Source: Pseudomonadota bacterium (lineage in GTDB: Bacteria; Pseudomonadota; Gammaproteobacteria; Burkholderiales; Burkholderiaceae_A). Taken from it: a DNA stretch of 64,000 bases. The DNA lies in the NCBI GenBank assembly GCA_041171045.1, contig JBEDMQ010000102.1, positions 3,048-67,047 on the forward strand, read 5' to 3'. This document shows, one piece after another, positions 54,572 through 64,000 of this stretch; the first letter of the stretch is position 1; each line of letters begins with the position of its first letter. The notes beneath the pieces were generated by a model that was not told the origin of the DNA, did no database searches, and saw nothing but the letters and a program-made list of their open reading frames with translations. A program made the translations under genes and the position numbers.

Positions 54572-54880
54572 CTACTGGAGTTTGATTTCCACGTCCACGC
54601 CGGCTGGCAGATCCAGCTTCATCAGGGCATCAACCGTCTTCTCGGTTGGGTCCACGATGTCCATCAGGCGCTGGTGAGTCCGCAACTCGAACTGGTCGCG
54701 AGACGTTTTATTCACGTGGGGGCTGCGCAGAATGTCGAAACGACGGAATCGAGTGGGCAGGGGAACTGGGCCACGCACGACAGCACCAGTGCGCTTGGCT
54801 GTTTCCACGATTTCGAGGGCGGACTGATCGATCAGTTTGTAATCGAAAGCCTTGAGGCGAATGCGAATTTTTTGCTGCAT
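54572..54880 (-). CDS. rpsJ: 30S ribosomal protein S10 (NusE)
   Basis: [24 protein letters not shown]. Confidence 0.98.
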   Translation of the reverse strand: MQQKIRIRLKAFDYKLIDQSALEIVETAKRTGAVVRGPVPLPTRFRRFDILRSPHVNKTSRDQFELRTHQRLMDIVDPTEKTVDALMKLDLPAGVDVEIKLQ

Positions 54881-54892
54881 GGTTCACTCCAA

Positions 54893-54912
54893 AAAAGAAC
54901 GAATAAAGAACA
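54893..54912 (-). promoter_or_regulatory. Tandem boxA-like elements upstream of rpsJ
   Basis: TGTTCTTTA (54904-54912) and CGTTCTTTT (54893-54901) just 5' of the SD GGAG. Confidence 0.5.
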
Positions 54913-54970
54913 AAGCCCGATTTAGGGTTGCAACGGCTGACGTCGGGATTCGTCAGCCGCTTGGTCGCTA

Positions 54971-56161
54971 TTAATCCAGTACTTTTGCGACGACGCCGGC
55001 GCCCACGGTACGGCCGCCCTCACGGATCGCAAAGCGCAGGCCCTGCTCCATGGCGATCGGCGCAATCAAGGTCACCGTCATCTTCACGTTGTCACCAGGC
55101 ATCACCATCTCAGTGCCCGAAGGCAGTTCAATGGAACCCGTCACGTCAGTCGTACGGAAATAGAACTGAGGACGATAGTTGTTAAAGAACGGCGTGTGAC
55201 GGCCACCCTCTTCCTTGGACAACACATACACCTCACACTCAAACTTCTTGTGTGGGTTGATCGAACCGGGCTTGGCCAACACCTGACCACGCTCAACCTC
55301 TTCACGCTTGGTACCACGCAGCAACACGCCAACGTTGTCACCAGCCTGGCCCTGGTCGAGCAGCTTGCGGAACATCTCAACACCCGTACAGGTGGTCTTC
55401 TGAGTGTCCTTGATACCAACAATCTCAATCTCGTCACCAACGTTGATGATGCCGCGCTCAACACGACCCGTCACCACCGTGCCACGACCAGAGATCGAAA
55501 ACACATCTTCAATCGGCATCAGGAACGCGCCATCAATCGCACGCTCAGGCGTAGGAATATAAGAATCCAAGGCATCGGCCAGCTTCATAATCGCCGCCTC
55601 ACCCAACTCACCCTTGTCACCCTCAAGCGCTAGCTTGGCAGAGCCCTTGACAATCGGCGTGTCATCGCCAGGAAAGTCATACTTGGAGAGCAGCTCACGA
55701 ACTTCCATCTCAACGAGCTCAAGCAACTCAGCATCGTCAACCATGTCGCACTTGTTCAAAAACACAATGATGTAAGGCACGCCAACCTGACGGGCCAACA
55801 AAATGTGCTCACGCGTCTGGGGCATCGGACCATCAGCAGCCGAACACACCAAAATCGCACCGTCCATCTGCGCCGCACCCGTAATCATGTTCTTCACATA
55901 GTCAGCGTGGCCAGGACAGTCCACGTGCGCATAGTGACGCGAAGCCGTCTCATACTCCACGTGCGCCGTGTTAATCGTAATACCGCGGGCCTTCTCTTCA
56001 GGCGCCGCATCAATCTGGTCATAGGCCTTGGCCTCACCACCAAACTTCGCCGACAAAATCGTCGTAATAGCAGCCGTCAACGTCGTCTTACCATGGTCCA
56101 CGTGACCAATCGTCCCTACGTTCACATGCGGCTTCGTACGCTCAAACTTACCCTTGGCCAT
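54971..56161 (-). CDS. tuf: Elongation factor Tu
   Basis: [33 protein letters not shown]. Confidence 0.99.
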   Translation of the reverse strand: MAKGKFERTKPHVNVGTIGHVDHGKTTLTAAITTILSAKFGGEAKAYDQIDAAPEEKARGITINTAHVEYETASRHYAHVDCPGHADYVKNMITGAAQMDGAILVCSAADGPMPQTREHILLARQVGVPYIIVFLNKCDMVDDAELLELVEMEVRELLSKYDFPGDDTPIVKGSAKLALEGDKGELGEAAIMKLADALDSYIPTPERAIDGAFLMPIEDVFSISGRGTVVTGRVERGIINVGDEIEIVGIKDTQKTTCTGVEMFRKLLDQGQAGDNVGVLLRGTKREEVERGQVLAKPGSINPHKKFECEVYVLSKEEGGRHTPFFNNYRPQFYFRTTDVTGSIELPSGTEMVMPGDNVKMTVTLIAPIAMEQGLRFAIREGGRTVGAGVVAKVLD

Positions 56162-56198
56162 TTTGTGCTTCCTTCTTTAACTGGTTTGGTTGTCGTGA

Positions 56199-58301
56199 TT
56201 ACTTGGTGCGGCTGGTCATGACTGCTTCAGCCACGTTACGGGGTGCTTCTGAGTAGTGCTTAAATTCCATGGTGTAGGTGGCACGACCCTGGGTCAGCGA
56301 CCGCAGCGTCGTTGAGTAACCGAACATCTCGGCCAGTGGAACCTCAGCCTTGATGATCTTGCCACCGCCGCCGGGCAGCTCGTCCATGCCCTGAACCATG
56401 CCACGGCGAGAAGACAGGTCACCCATCACCGTACCCGCGTAGTCTTCGGGTGTCTCAACCTCAACAGCCATCATGGGCTCGAGCAGAACGGCGTTGGCCT
56501 TTCGCATACCGTCTTTGAAGGCCATAGAGGCGGCCAGCTCGAAGGCGATCTGCGAGGAGTCGACGTCGTGGTACGAGCCATCAAACAAGGTGACCTTGAT
56601 GTCGACCACGGGGAAGCCAGCCAAGACGCCAGAGTTCATGGTGTCCTGACAGCCCTTGTCCACCGAGGGAATAAATTCGCGAGGCACGACACCGCCCTTG
56701 ATGGCGTCTACAAACTCATAGCCCTTGCCTTCTTCCTGAGGATCGAGCTTGATCCAGACGTGTCCGAACTGGCCTTTGCCGCCAGACTGCTTGACGTATT
56801 TGCCCTCGATTTCGACCGATTTGCGGATGGTTTCACGGTAGGCAACCTGTGGCTTACCAACCGTTGCTTCCACGCCGAATTCACGCTTCATTCGATCGAC
56901 CAAGATCTCAAGGTGCAGTTCACCCATGCCGGAAATAATGGTCTGGCCCGACTCCTCGTCTGTGCGAACACGGAAAGAGGGGTCTTCTTTGGCCAAACGA
57001 TTCAGGGCAATGCCCATCTTCTCTTGGTCTGCCTTGGTCTTCGGCTCTACAGCCTGAGAGATCACGGGCTCGGGAAACTCCATGCGCTCGAGCACGATGA
57101 CCGCATCGGGATCGCACAGGGTATCGCCAGTGACCACGTCCTTGAGGCCCACAGCGGCAGCGATGTCGCCGGCCAGGATCTCGGTGATTTCCTCACGATT
57201 GTTTGCGTGCATCTGCAGCAGACGACCGATACGCTCTTTCTTGCCGCGGACCGAGTTCAGGACAGCATCACCCGACTTGAGAACACCCGAATAGCAGCGA
57301 ATGAAAGTCAGCTGACCGACGAAGGGATCGTTCATCAGCTTAAAGGCCAAGGCCGAGAATTTCTCTTTGTCATCGGCCTTGCGGCTCGCCTCTGCACCAT
57401 CTTCATTGGTACCTGCGACCGGTGGGATGTCCACGGGGCTCGGCATGAACTGAATAACGGCATCGAGCATGCGCTGAACGCCTTTGTTCTTGAAGGCCGT
57501 GCCACAGAGCATGGGCTGAATTTCGCCAGCGATGGTACGGGCCCGAATGCCACCCATGACCTGCTCTTCAGTCAGGTCGCCGTTCTCGAGGTAGCTGTTC
57601 ATGAGTTCTTCACTGGACTCAGCGGCAGCTTCGAGCATCTTCTCGCGCCACTCTTCGGCGCTGGCCTGCAACTCAGACGGGATGTCGATGTATTCGAACT
57701 TCGTGCCCTGGCTGGCCTCGTCCCAGACAATGGCCTTCATCTTGATCAGGTCAACAACGCCCTTGAAGTGCTCTTCAGCGCCGATGGGAATGACAATGGG
57801 CACCGGGTTGGCACGCAGGCGGGCCTTCATCTGGTCAACGACCTTGAAGAAATTAGCGCCAGTGCGGTCCATCTTGTTCACAAAGGCCAGGCGAGGCACT
57901 TTGTATTTATTGGCCTGACGCCAGACGGTCTCCGACTGAGGCTGGACACCACCCACGGCACAATAAACCATGCAGGCCCCGTCTAGAACGCGCATCGAAC
58001 GCTCCACCTCGATGGTGAAGTCAACGTGTCCCGGGGTGTCGATGATGTTGATTCTATGCTCGGGCATGGAACCGTCCATGCCTTTCCAGAACGTGGTAGT
58101 CGCCGCCGAGGTGATGGTGATGCCACGCTCCTGCTCCTGCTCCATCCAGTCCATGGTGGCAGCGCCGTCGTGAACCTCACCAATCTTGTGGTTTACGCCG
58201 GTGTAGAAAAGAATGCGCTCGGTAGTGGTGGTCTTACCAGCATCGATGTGCGCGCTGATACCAATGTTGCGGTAGCGCTCGATCGGGGTCTTACGGGCCA
58301 T
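56199..58301 (-). CDS. fusA: Elongation factor G
   Basis: [38 protein letters not shown]. Confidence 0.99.
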   Translation of the reverse strand: MARKTPIERYRNIGISAHIDAGKTTTTERILFYTGVNHKIGEVHDGAATMDWMEQEQERGITITSAATTTFWKGMDGSMPEHRINIIDTPGHVDFTIEVERSMRVLDGACMVYCAVGGVQPQSETVWRQANKYKVPRLAFVNKMDRTGANFFKVVDQMKARLRANPVPIVIPIGAEEHFKGVVDLIKMKAIVWDEASQGTKFEYIDIPSELQASAEEWREKMLEAAAESSEELMNSYLENGDLTEEQVMGGIRARTIAGEIQPMLCGTAFKNKGVQRMLDAVIQFMPSPVDIPPVAGTNEDGAEASRKADDKEKFSALAFKLMNDPFVGQLTFIRCYSGVLKSGDAVLNSVRGKKERIGRLLQMHANNREEITEILAGDIAAAVGLKDVVTGDTLCDPDAVIVLERMEFPEPVISQAVEPKTKADQEKMGIALNRLAKEDPSFRVRTDEESGQTIISGMGELHLEILVDRMKREFGVEATVGKPQVAYRETIRKSVEIEGKYVKQSGGKGQFGHVWIKLDPQEEGKGYEFVDAIKGGVVPREFIPSVDKGCQDTMNSGVLAGFPVVDIKVTLFDGSYHDVDSSQIAFELAASMAFKDGMRKANAVLLEPMMAVEVETPEDYAGTVMGDLSSRRGMVQGMDELPGGGGKIIKAEVPLAEMFGYSTTLRSLTQGRATYTMEFKHYSEAPRNVAEAVMTSRTK

Positions 58302-58340
58302 GGAACGTCCTGTCAGTTAAGTGGGTGAGAGCCGCGAGGC

Positions 58341-58811
58341 TTAGAAGCGGAAATGGGAGAAGGCTTTATTGGCCTCTGCCATGCGGTGTACTTCGTCGCG
58401 TTTCTTGACTGCACCGCCACGACCTTCGGCTGCCTCCAGCAGCTCGCCGGCCAGGCGCAGGTTCATCGACTTCTCACCGCGTTTCTTGGCAGCCTCACGC
58501 AGCCAGCGCATGGCCAAGGCAGTACGGCGAGCAGGGCGTACCTCTACGGGTACCTGATAGTTGGCACCACCCACTCGGCGGCTCTTAACCTCGACCAGTG
58601 GCTTGGCGTTGCCCAGGGCAGCCTGGAACACCTCAATGGGATTCTTTTTGGCGACTTGTTCAATGTGATCAAAAGCGCCGTAAACGATGCGCTCAGCAAC
58701 GGCCTTCTTGCCGTGGAGCATGACAACGTTCATGAACTTGGAGACTTCTTCGCTGCCGAACTTGGGATCGGCCAGCACAATACGTTTGGGTACTTCGCGA
58801 CGACGAGGCAT
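58341..58811 (-). CDS. rpsG: 30S ribosomal protein S7
   Basis: [25 protein letters not shown]. Confidence 0.98.
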   Translation of the reverse strand: MPRRREVPKRIVLADPKFGSEEVSKFMNVVMLHGKKAVAERIVYGAFDHIEQVAKKNPIEVFQAALGNAKPLVEVKSRRVGGANYQVPVEVRPARRTALAMRWLREAAKKRGEKSMNLRLAGELLEAAEGRGGAVKKRDEVHRMAEANKAFSHFRF

Positions 58812-58917
58812 GTTCTTCCTTTTTTGTCTTCAGTTGGGTTTAACCCAGCCCGCATGAGCGGGCCCTTACGTTCGCGCCCCCCACATGAGAGACGCGGCCT
58901 AACTACTAGAGAAAGCC

Positions 58918-59295
58918 TTAGGCTTTCTTGGGGCGCTTGGCGCCGTACTTGGAGCGGGACTGCTTCCTGTCCTTGACGCCCTGGAGGTCCAGTGAGCCAC
59001 GAACAATGTGATAACGCACACCAGGCAGGTCTTTGACACGACCACCGCGAATCAAGACCACTGAGTGTTCCTGAAGGTTGTGACCCTCACCGCCAATGTA
59101 AGAAATCACTTCGAAGCCATTGGTGAGGCGAATCTTGGCCACTTTCCGAAGCGCGGAGTTCGGCTTCTTGGGAGTCGTGGTGTAGACACGGGTGCAGACC
59201 CCACGACGCTGAGGACAGGCCTCTAGCGCTGGGCTCTTGCTCTTAATCGTCTCAGTGGTTCGACCTTGGCGAACCAGCTGGTTAATCGTCGGCAT
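58918..59295 (-). CDS. rpsL: 30S ribosomal protein S12
   Basis: [29 protein letters not shown] (wild-type K42/K87 region). Confidence 0.99.
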   Translation of the reverse strand: MPTINQLVRQGRTTETIKSKSPALEACPQRRGVCTRVYTTTPKKPNSALRKVAKIRLTNGFEVISYIGGEGHNLQEHSVVLIRGGRVKDLPGVRYHIVRGSLDLQGVKDRKQSRSKYGAKRPKKA

Positions 59296-59338
59296 TTTCT
59301 AAAAATCCTTTGGTTGTGCTTTGAGTTTCACTGCAATT

Positions 59339-59383
59339 GGTGAAAAGCCCTCGATTTTCAGGGCTTTTCACCTAGGCTGTCAA
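59339..59383 (-). promoter_or_regulatory. str operon promoter overlapping a 13-bp inverted repeat and the rpoC stop codon
   Basis: TTGACA (contains the rpoC TGA) - 18 nt - GAAAAT - CGAGGGCTTTT; inverted repeat GGTGAAAAGCCCT / AGGGCTTTTCACC at 59339-59372. Confidence 0.65.
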
Positions 59384-62300
59384 GCGGATTCTCCTGATTC
59401 CTGGCTGCTGTCGTCGGAATCAGAGCCCCCAGAAAACAGGGCCTCCGCCTCCAGGGCAGCCTGCTCAGCCAGGGTCTTGGCCTCTAAGGCCTCGGCCTGT
59501 TCCCGATCCTTACGGGCTCGGTGGTAGGCCAGACCGGTACCGGCTGGGATCAGTCGACCGACAATGACGTTCTCCTTCAGGCCGCGCAGGTCGTCCTTCT
59601 TGCCCATAATCGCCGCCTCGGTCAGGACACGAGTGGTCTCCTGGAAGGAGGCCGCCGAGATGAAGGAATCAGTCGACAAGGAGGCCTTGGTGATGCCCAG
59701 CAACAGGTTTTCATAGAGCGCGGGGCGCTTGTCTTGTGCTGTCGCAGCATCGTTTTCTTCGAGCAGCTCGGAACGCTCAACCTGCTCACCCGGGATGAAC
59801 CGGGTGTCGCCTGGGTCGGAGATCTGCACTCGACGCAACATCTGGCGAACAATCACCTCGATGTGCTTGTCGTTGATCTTCACACCCTGCAGGCGGTAGA
59901 CGTCCTGGACCTCGTCCACGATGTAGCGCGCCAGCGCCTCAATGCCCAACAGCCGAAGGATGTCTTGCGGGTCGGCGGGGCCGTCGACAATCATCTCGCC
60001 CTTGTTGACGATCTGTCCGTCGTGGACCAACACACTCTTTTCCTTGGGAATCAGGAACTCCTGGGCAACGCCGTCCATGTCGGTGATGACCAGACGCTGC
60101 TTACCCTTGGTGTCCTTACCGAACGAGACCGTGCCGGTGACTTCCGCCAGCATGCCGGCATCCTTGGGTGAACGAGCCTCGAATAGCTCGGCCACTCGTG
60201 GCAGACCACCGGTGATGTCGCGGGTCTTCTGGGATTCTTGGGGAATACGCGCCAAGACCTCACCAACGGCCACCTCTTGTCCATCACGAACCGTGATCAG
60301 TGCACCGACGGGGAAGCTGATGTTGACCGAATGATCGGTGCCAGCAATCTTGACCTCTTCACCCTTGGCATCCAGCAGCTTGACCTGGGGACGAACGCCC
60401 TTGGAGGCGGTGCTTCGACGCTTGGCATCGATGACGACCAGGGTCGAAAGGCCCGTGACGTCGTCGATCTGCTTGGCCACGGTTACGCCCTCTTCGACAT
60501 TCTCGAAGCGAACCGTACCGGCGTACTCCGTGATGATCGGACGAGTGAGTGGGTCCCATGTGGCGAGGATCGCGCCAGCTTTGATGACATGCCCATCAAT
60601 GTGGGCCAAGGTCGCACCGTAAGGTACCTTGTGGCGCTCACGCTCACGGCCGTTGTCATCCACGATCAAGACCTCACCAGATCGCGAGATCACGACCGGT
60701 TCGCCCTTGGCGTTGGTGACATACCGCATGGTCGCGGTGAAGCGGACCGTACCGTTTGACTTGGCCTCAATGTTGGACTGGGCGGCTGTTCGTGATGCTG
60801 CACCGCCGATGTGGAAGGTCCGCATGGTCAGCTGCGTTCCTGGCTCACCGATGGACTGGGCAGCAATCACACCAACCGCCTCGCCAACGTTGACCAGGTG
60901 GCCACGCCCGAGATCACGTCCGTAGCACTTGGCGCACAAGCCAAAACGCGTGCCACAGGTCAGCGGCGTGCGAACTCGAACCTCATCGATGCCAAGGCGC
61001 TCGATGGCGTCAACAGCATCCTCGTCAAGCAACTCGCCGGAGGCGATCAGGGTCTCTTGGGTTTCTGGGTTGACCACCTCGGATGCAGTCACTCGACCAA
61101 GGATACGGTCGCGCAGTGCTTCGATGACCTCACCGCCCTCGACCAAGGCCTTCATGGTGATGCCATTGTCCGTACCGCAATCGTCCTCGATCACCACCAG
61201 ATCCTGAGTGACGTCCACCAGACGACGTGTCAGGTAGCCGGAGTTGGCGGTCTTAAGTGCCGTATCCGCCAGACCCTTTCGAGCACCGTGAGTGGAAATA
61301 AAGTATTGCAGAACGTTCAAACCCTCACGGAAGTTGGCGGTAATGGGCGTCTCGATGATGGAGCCATCGGGCTTGGCCATCAGACCACGCATACCAGCCA
61401 ACTGACGAATCTGAGCGGCAGAGCCACGGGCACCAGAGTCGGCCATCATGTAGATGGAATTGAAGGATTCCTGGCGCACGTCATTGCCCTTGCGATCCTT
61501 CACGACCTCGCCAGCGAGCTGATCCATCATCGCCTTGCCCACCTGGTCACCAGCACGGCCCCAGATGTCCACGACTTTGTTGTAACGCTCACCAACGGTC
61601 ACCAGACCAGAGGCATACTGCTGTTCGATCTCTTTCACCTCGGCCTCGGCCTTTGCCAGGATGTCCACCTTCTGGACAGGTACCAGCATGTCGTCCACAC
61701 AGATCGAGATACCGGCACGGGTGGCCAGGGAGAAGCCTGATTGCAGCAGCTTGTCCGCCAGAATGACGGTCGCACGCAGGCCACAACGACGGAAAGAGGC
61801 ATTGATAAGGCGGGAGATTTCTTTCTTCTTAAGGGCCTTGTTCATGTGGGTGAACGACAGGCCTGCAGGAAGAATCCGCGACAGCAGCGCGCGGCCGACG
61901 GTCGTCTCGTAACGCACCATTCGCTTGGTCTGCTCACCGCTGGCGCGGTCCACATCGAATTCAGCGATGCGAACGGTGATCTTGGTGCCAAGCTCAACCT
62001 GCTGGTTCGCGTAGGCACGATCGACCTCGGTCACGTCAGCAAAGAACATCCCTTCGCCGCGGCCGTTCACCTTGTCACGGGTGGCGTAGTACAGACCGAG
62101 CACGATGTCCTGGGACGGCACGATGGAGGGCTCGCCGTTGGACGGGAAGAGTACGTTGTTGGAGGCCAGCATCAGGGTGCGGGCTTCCATCTGCGCCTCA
62201 AGCGATAGGGGCACGTGGACGGCCATCTGGTCGCCGTCGAAGTCAGCGTTAAAGGCAGCACAGACGAGCGGATGCAGCTGAATGGCCTTGCCTTCAATCA

Positions 62301-63624
62301 GGACCGGCTCAAAGGCCTGGATACCCAGACGGTGCAGCGTCGGCGCACGGTTGAGCATGACCGGGTGCTCACGAATAACCTCTTCGAGGATGTCCCAGAC
62401 CTCGGGCACCTGCTGCTCCACCAGCTTCTTGGCAGCCTTGATGGTCGTGGCCATGCCACGCAGCTCGAGCTTGTTGAAGATGAAGGGCTTGAAGAGCTCC
62501 AGGGCCATGAGCTTTGGAAGGCCGCACTGGTGCAACTTGAGCGTAGGGCCCACCACGATAACGGAACGCCCTGAGTAGTCGACTCGCTTGCCCAACAGGT
62601 TCTGACGGAAGCGTCCGCCTTTGCCCTTGATCATGTCAGCCAAGGACTTGAGAGCGCGCTTGTTAGCACCCGTCATGGCCTTGCCACGACGGCCATTGTC
62701 GAGCAGAGAGTCGACCGACTCTTGCAGCATCCGCTTTTCGTTGCGAACGATGATCTCTGGCGCACGAAGCTCTAAAAGGCGCTTGAGCCGGTTGTTTCGA
62801 TTGATCACTCGACGATAGAGATCGTTGAGGTCTGACGTGGCAAACCGGCCACCGTCCAGAGGCACCAGAGGGCGCAGTTCAGGCGGCAGAACCGGTAGCA
62901 CCTTCATGACCATCCAGTCGGGCTTGACGCCTGACTTGTGGAATCCTTCGAGTACCTTCAGGCGCTTGGCAATTTTCTTAATCTTGGCGTCAGACGAGGT
63001 CTCGGCCAGGTCTTTTCTGAGCTGCTCGATCTCGCGTTCCAAATCAATCGAAGACAGCAAGGCAGCTACACCTTCGGCTCCCATGGTGGCGACAAATTCG
63101 CCTTCACCATATTGCTCGACCTTGGCGAGGTAATCATCTTCGGACATGATCTGCCCGCGCTTGAGCGGCGTCATGCCGGGCTCGACAACCACATAGGCTT
63201 CGAAATACAAGACACGCTCGATGTCACGCAAGGTCATGTCCAGCACCATACCCAGGCGGGATGGCAGGGACTTGAGGAACCAGATGTGTGCGATTGGGCT
63301 TGCGAGCTCAATGTGGCCCATGCGCTCACGACGGACCTTGGCCAACGTCACCTCGACACCGCACTTCTCGCAGATCACACCGCGGTGCTTGAGGCGCTTG
63401 TACTTGCCGCACAGGCATTCGTAGTCCTTGATCGGGCCAAAGATCTTGGCGCAGAACAGACCATCACGCTCGGGCTTGAAGGTACGGTAGTTGATGGTCT
63501 CGGGCTTTTTGACTTCGCCGAAAGACCACGAACGGATCTTCTCGGGCGAGGCCAGACCGATTTTGATGGCATCGAAATGCTCGTCAGGCGTGAATTGCTT
63601 GAACAGGTCGAGGAGTGATTTCAT
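59380..63624 (-). CDS. rpoC: RNA polymerase beta' subunit
   Basis: NADFDGD catalytic motif, zinc finger CLCG...[17 protein letters not shown]. Confidence 0.99.
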   Translation of the reverse strand: MKSLLDLFKQFTPDEHFDAIKIGLASPEKIRSWSFGEVKKPETINYRTFKPERDGLFCAKIFGPIKDYECLCGKYKRLKHRGVICEKCGVEVTLAKVRRERMGHIELASPIAHIWFLKSLPSRLGMVLDMTLRDIERVLYFEAYVVVEPGMTPLKRGQIMSEDDYLAKVEQYGEGEFVATMGAEGVAALLSSIDLEREIEQLRKDLAETSSDAKIKKIAKRLKVLEGFHKSGVKPDWMVMKVLPVLPPELRPLVPLDGGRFATSDLNDLYRRVINRNNRLKRLLELRAPEIIVRNEKRMLQESVDSLLDNGRRGKAMTGANKRALKSLADMIKGKGGRFRQNLLGKRVDYSGRSVIVVGPTLKLHQCGLPKLMALELFKPFIFNKLELRGMATTIKAAKKLVEQQVPEVWDILEEVIREHPVMLNRAPTLHRLGIQAFEPVLIEGKAIQLHPLVCAAFNADFDGDQMAVHVPLSLEAQMEARTLMLASNNVLFPSNGEPSIVPSQDIVLGLYYATRDKVNGRGEGMFFADVTEVDRAYANQQVELGTKITVRIAEFDVDRASGEQTKRMVRYETTVGRALLSRILPAGLSFTHMNKALKKKEISRLINASFRRCGLRATVILADKLLQSGFSLATRAGISICVDDMLVPVQKVDILAKAEAEVKEIEQQYASGLVTVGERYNKVVDIWGRAGDQVGKAMMDQLAGEVVKDRKGNDVRQESFNSIYMMADSGARGSAAQIRQLAGMRGLMAKPDGSIIETPITANFREGLNVLQYFISTHGARKGLADTALKTANSGYLTRRLVDVTQDLVVIEDDCGTDNGITMKALVEGGEVIEALRDRILGRVTASEVVNPETQETLIASGELLDEDAVDAIERLGIDEVRVRTPLTCGTRFGLCAKCYGRDLGRGHLVNVGEAVGVIAAQSIGEPGTQLTMRTFHIGGAASRTAAQSNIEAKSNGTVRFTATMRYVTNAKGEPVVISRSGEVLIVDDNGRERERHKVPYGATLAHIDGHVIKAGAILATWDPLTRPIITEYAGTVRFENVEEGVTVAKQIDDVTGLSTLVVIDAKRRSTASKGVRPQVKLLDAKGEEVKIAGTDHSVNISFPVGALITVRDGQEVAVGEVLARIPQESQKTRDITGGLPRVAELFEARSPKDAGMLAEVTGTVSFGKDTKGKQRLVITDMDGVAQEFLIPKEKSVLVHDGQIVNKGEMIVDGPADPQDILRLLGIEALARYIVDEVQDVYRLQGVKINDKHIEVIVRQMLRRVQISDPGDTRFIPGEQVERSELLEENDAATAQDKRPALYENLLLGITKASLSTDSFISAASFQETTRVLTEAAIMGKKDDLRGLKENVIVGRLIPAGTGLAYHRARKDREQAEALEAKTLAEQAALEAEALFSGGSDSDDSSQESGESA

Positions 63625-63650
63625 GGTTTAAATCCTTGGCTTCCTGTTGA

Positions 63651-64000
<350 letters not shown>

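Noticed and set aside
56568-57986. 472-aa plus-strand ORF, and similar long antisense ORFs (18914-20101, 22241-23395, 42762-43874, 46241-47374, 60811-61740)
   Set aside because: Exactly antisense to conserved genes (fusA, gltD, gltB, r-proteins, rpoC); expected from codon bias in GC-rich DNA and lacking recognisable motifs.

Overview
Core-genome window from a GC-rich betaproteobacterium, most likely Burkholderiales, judged from gene order and protein styles. Left to right: (1) a nitrogen-scavenging block with an AapJ-type amino-acid binding protein, an Atm1-type ABC exporter and a cynABDS-like cyanate transporter plus cyanase, carrying sigma54 promoters and NtrC-type sites; (2) an aspS operon with DUF502, a degenerate UbiA/MenA-like membrane protein, a NudB-EEP fusion, clsB and a DUF429 protein; (3) ssb, an MFS transporter and uvrA; (4) gltBD preceded by a RAYT/Y1-transposase-like gene; (5) dgt-aroB-aroK directly abutting mrcA with no pilMNOPQ; (6) cyaY, lptM, lysA, msrPQ, system II cytochrome c biogenesis genes, cytochrome c4, yihA and hemB; (7) the ribosomal supercluster (alpha, spc, S10, str operons), rpoC and the 3' end of rpoB. 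No tRNA, rRNA, CRISPR array, prophage or intact IS element was seen. The best candidate for an undescribed system is the RAYT-like protein: its HUH motif is degenerate, it has a C-terminal AT-hook, and transposon-end-like GGGGTCAG/GGTGACAT motifs lie in the AT-rich gltB promoter, so it may be a domesticated regulator of glutamate synthase. Other signals are tandem boxA-like elements before rpsJ (NusE), a promoter and L4-type leader located after rpsJ, and back-to-back leaderless promoters at aroK/mrcA. All family assignments are by eye from motifs, with no database searches.
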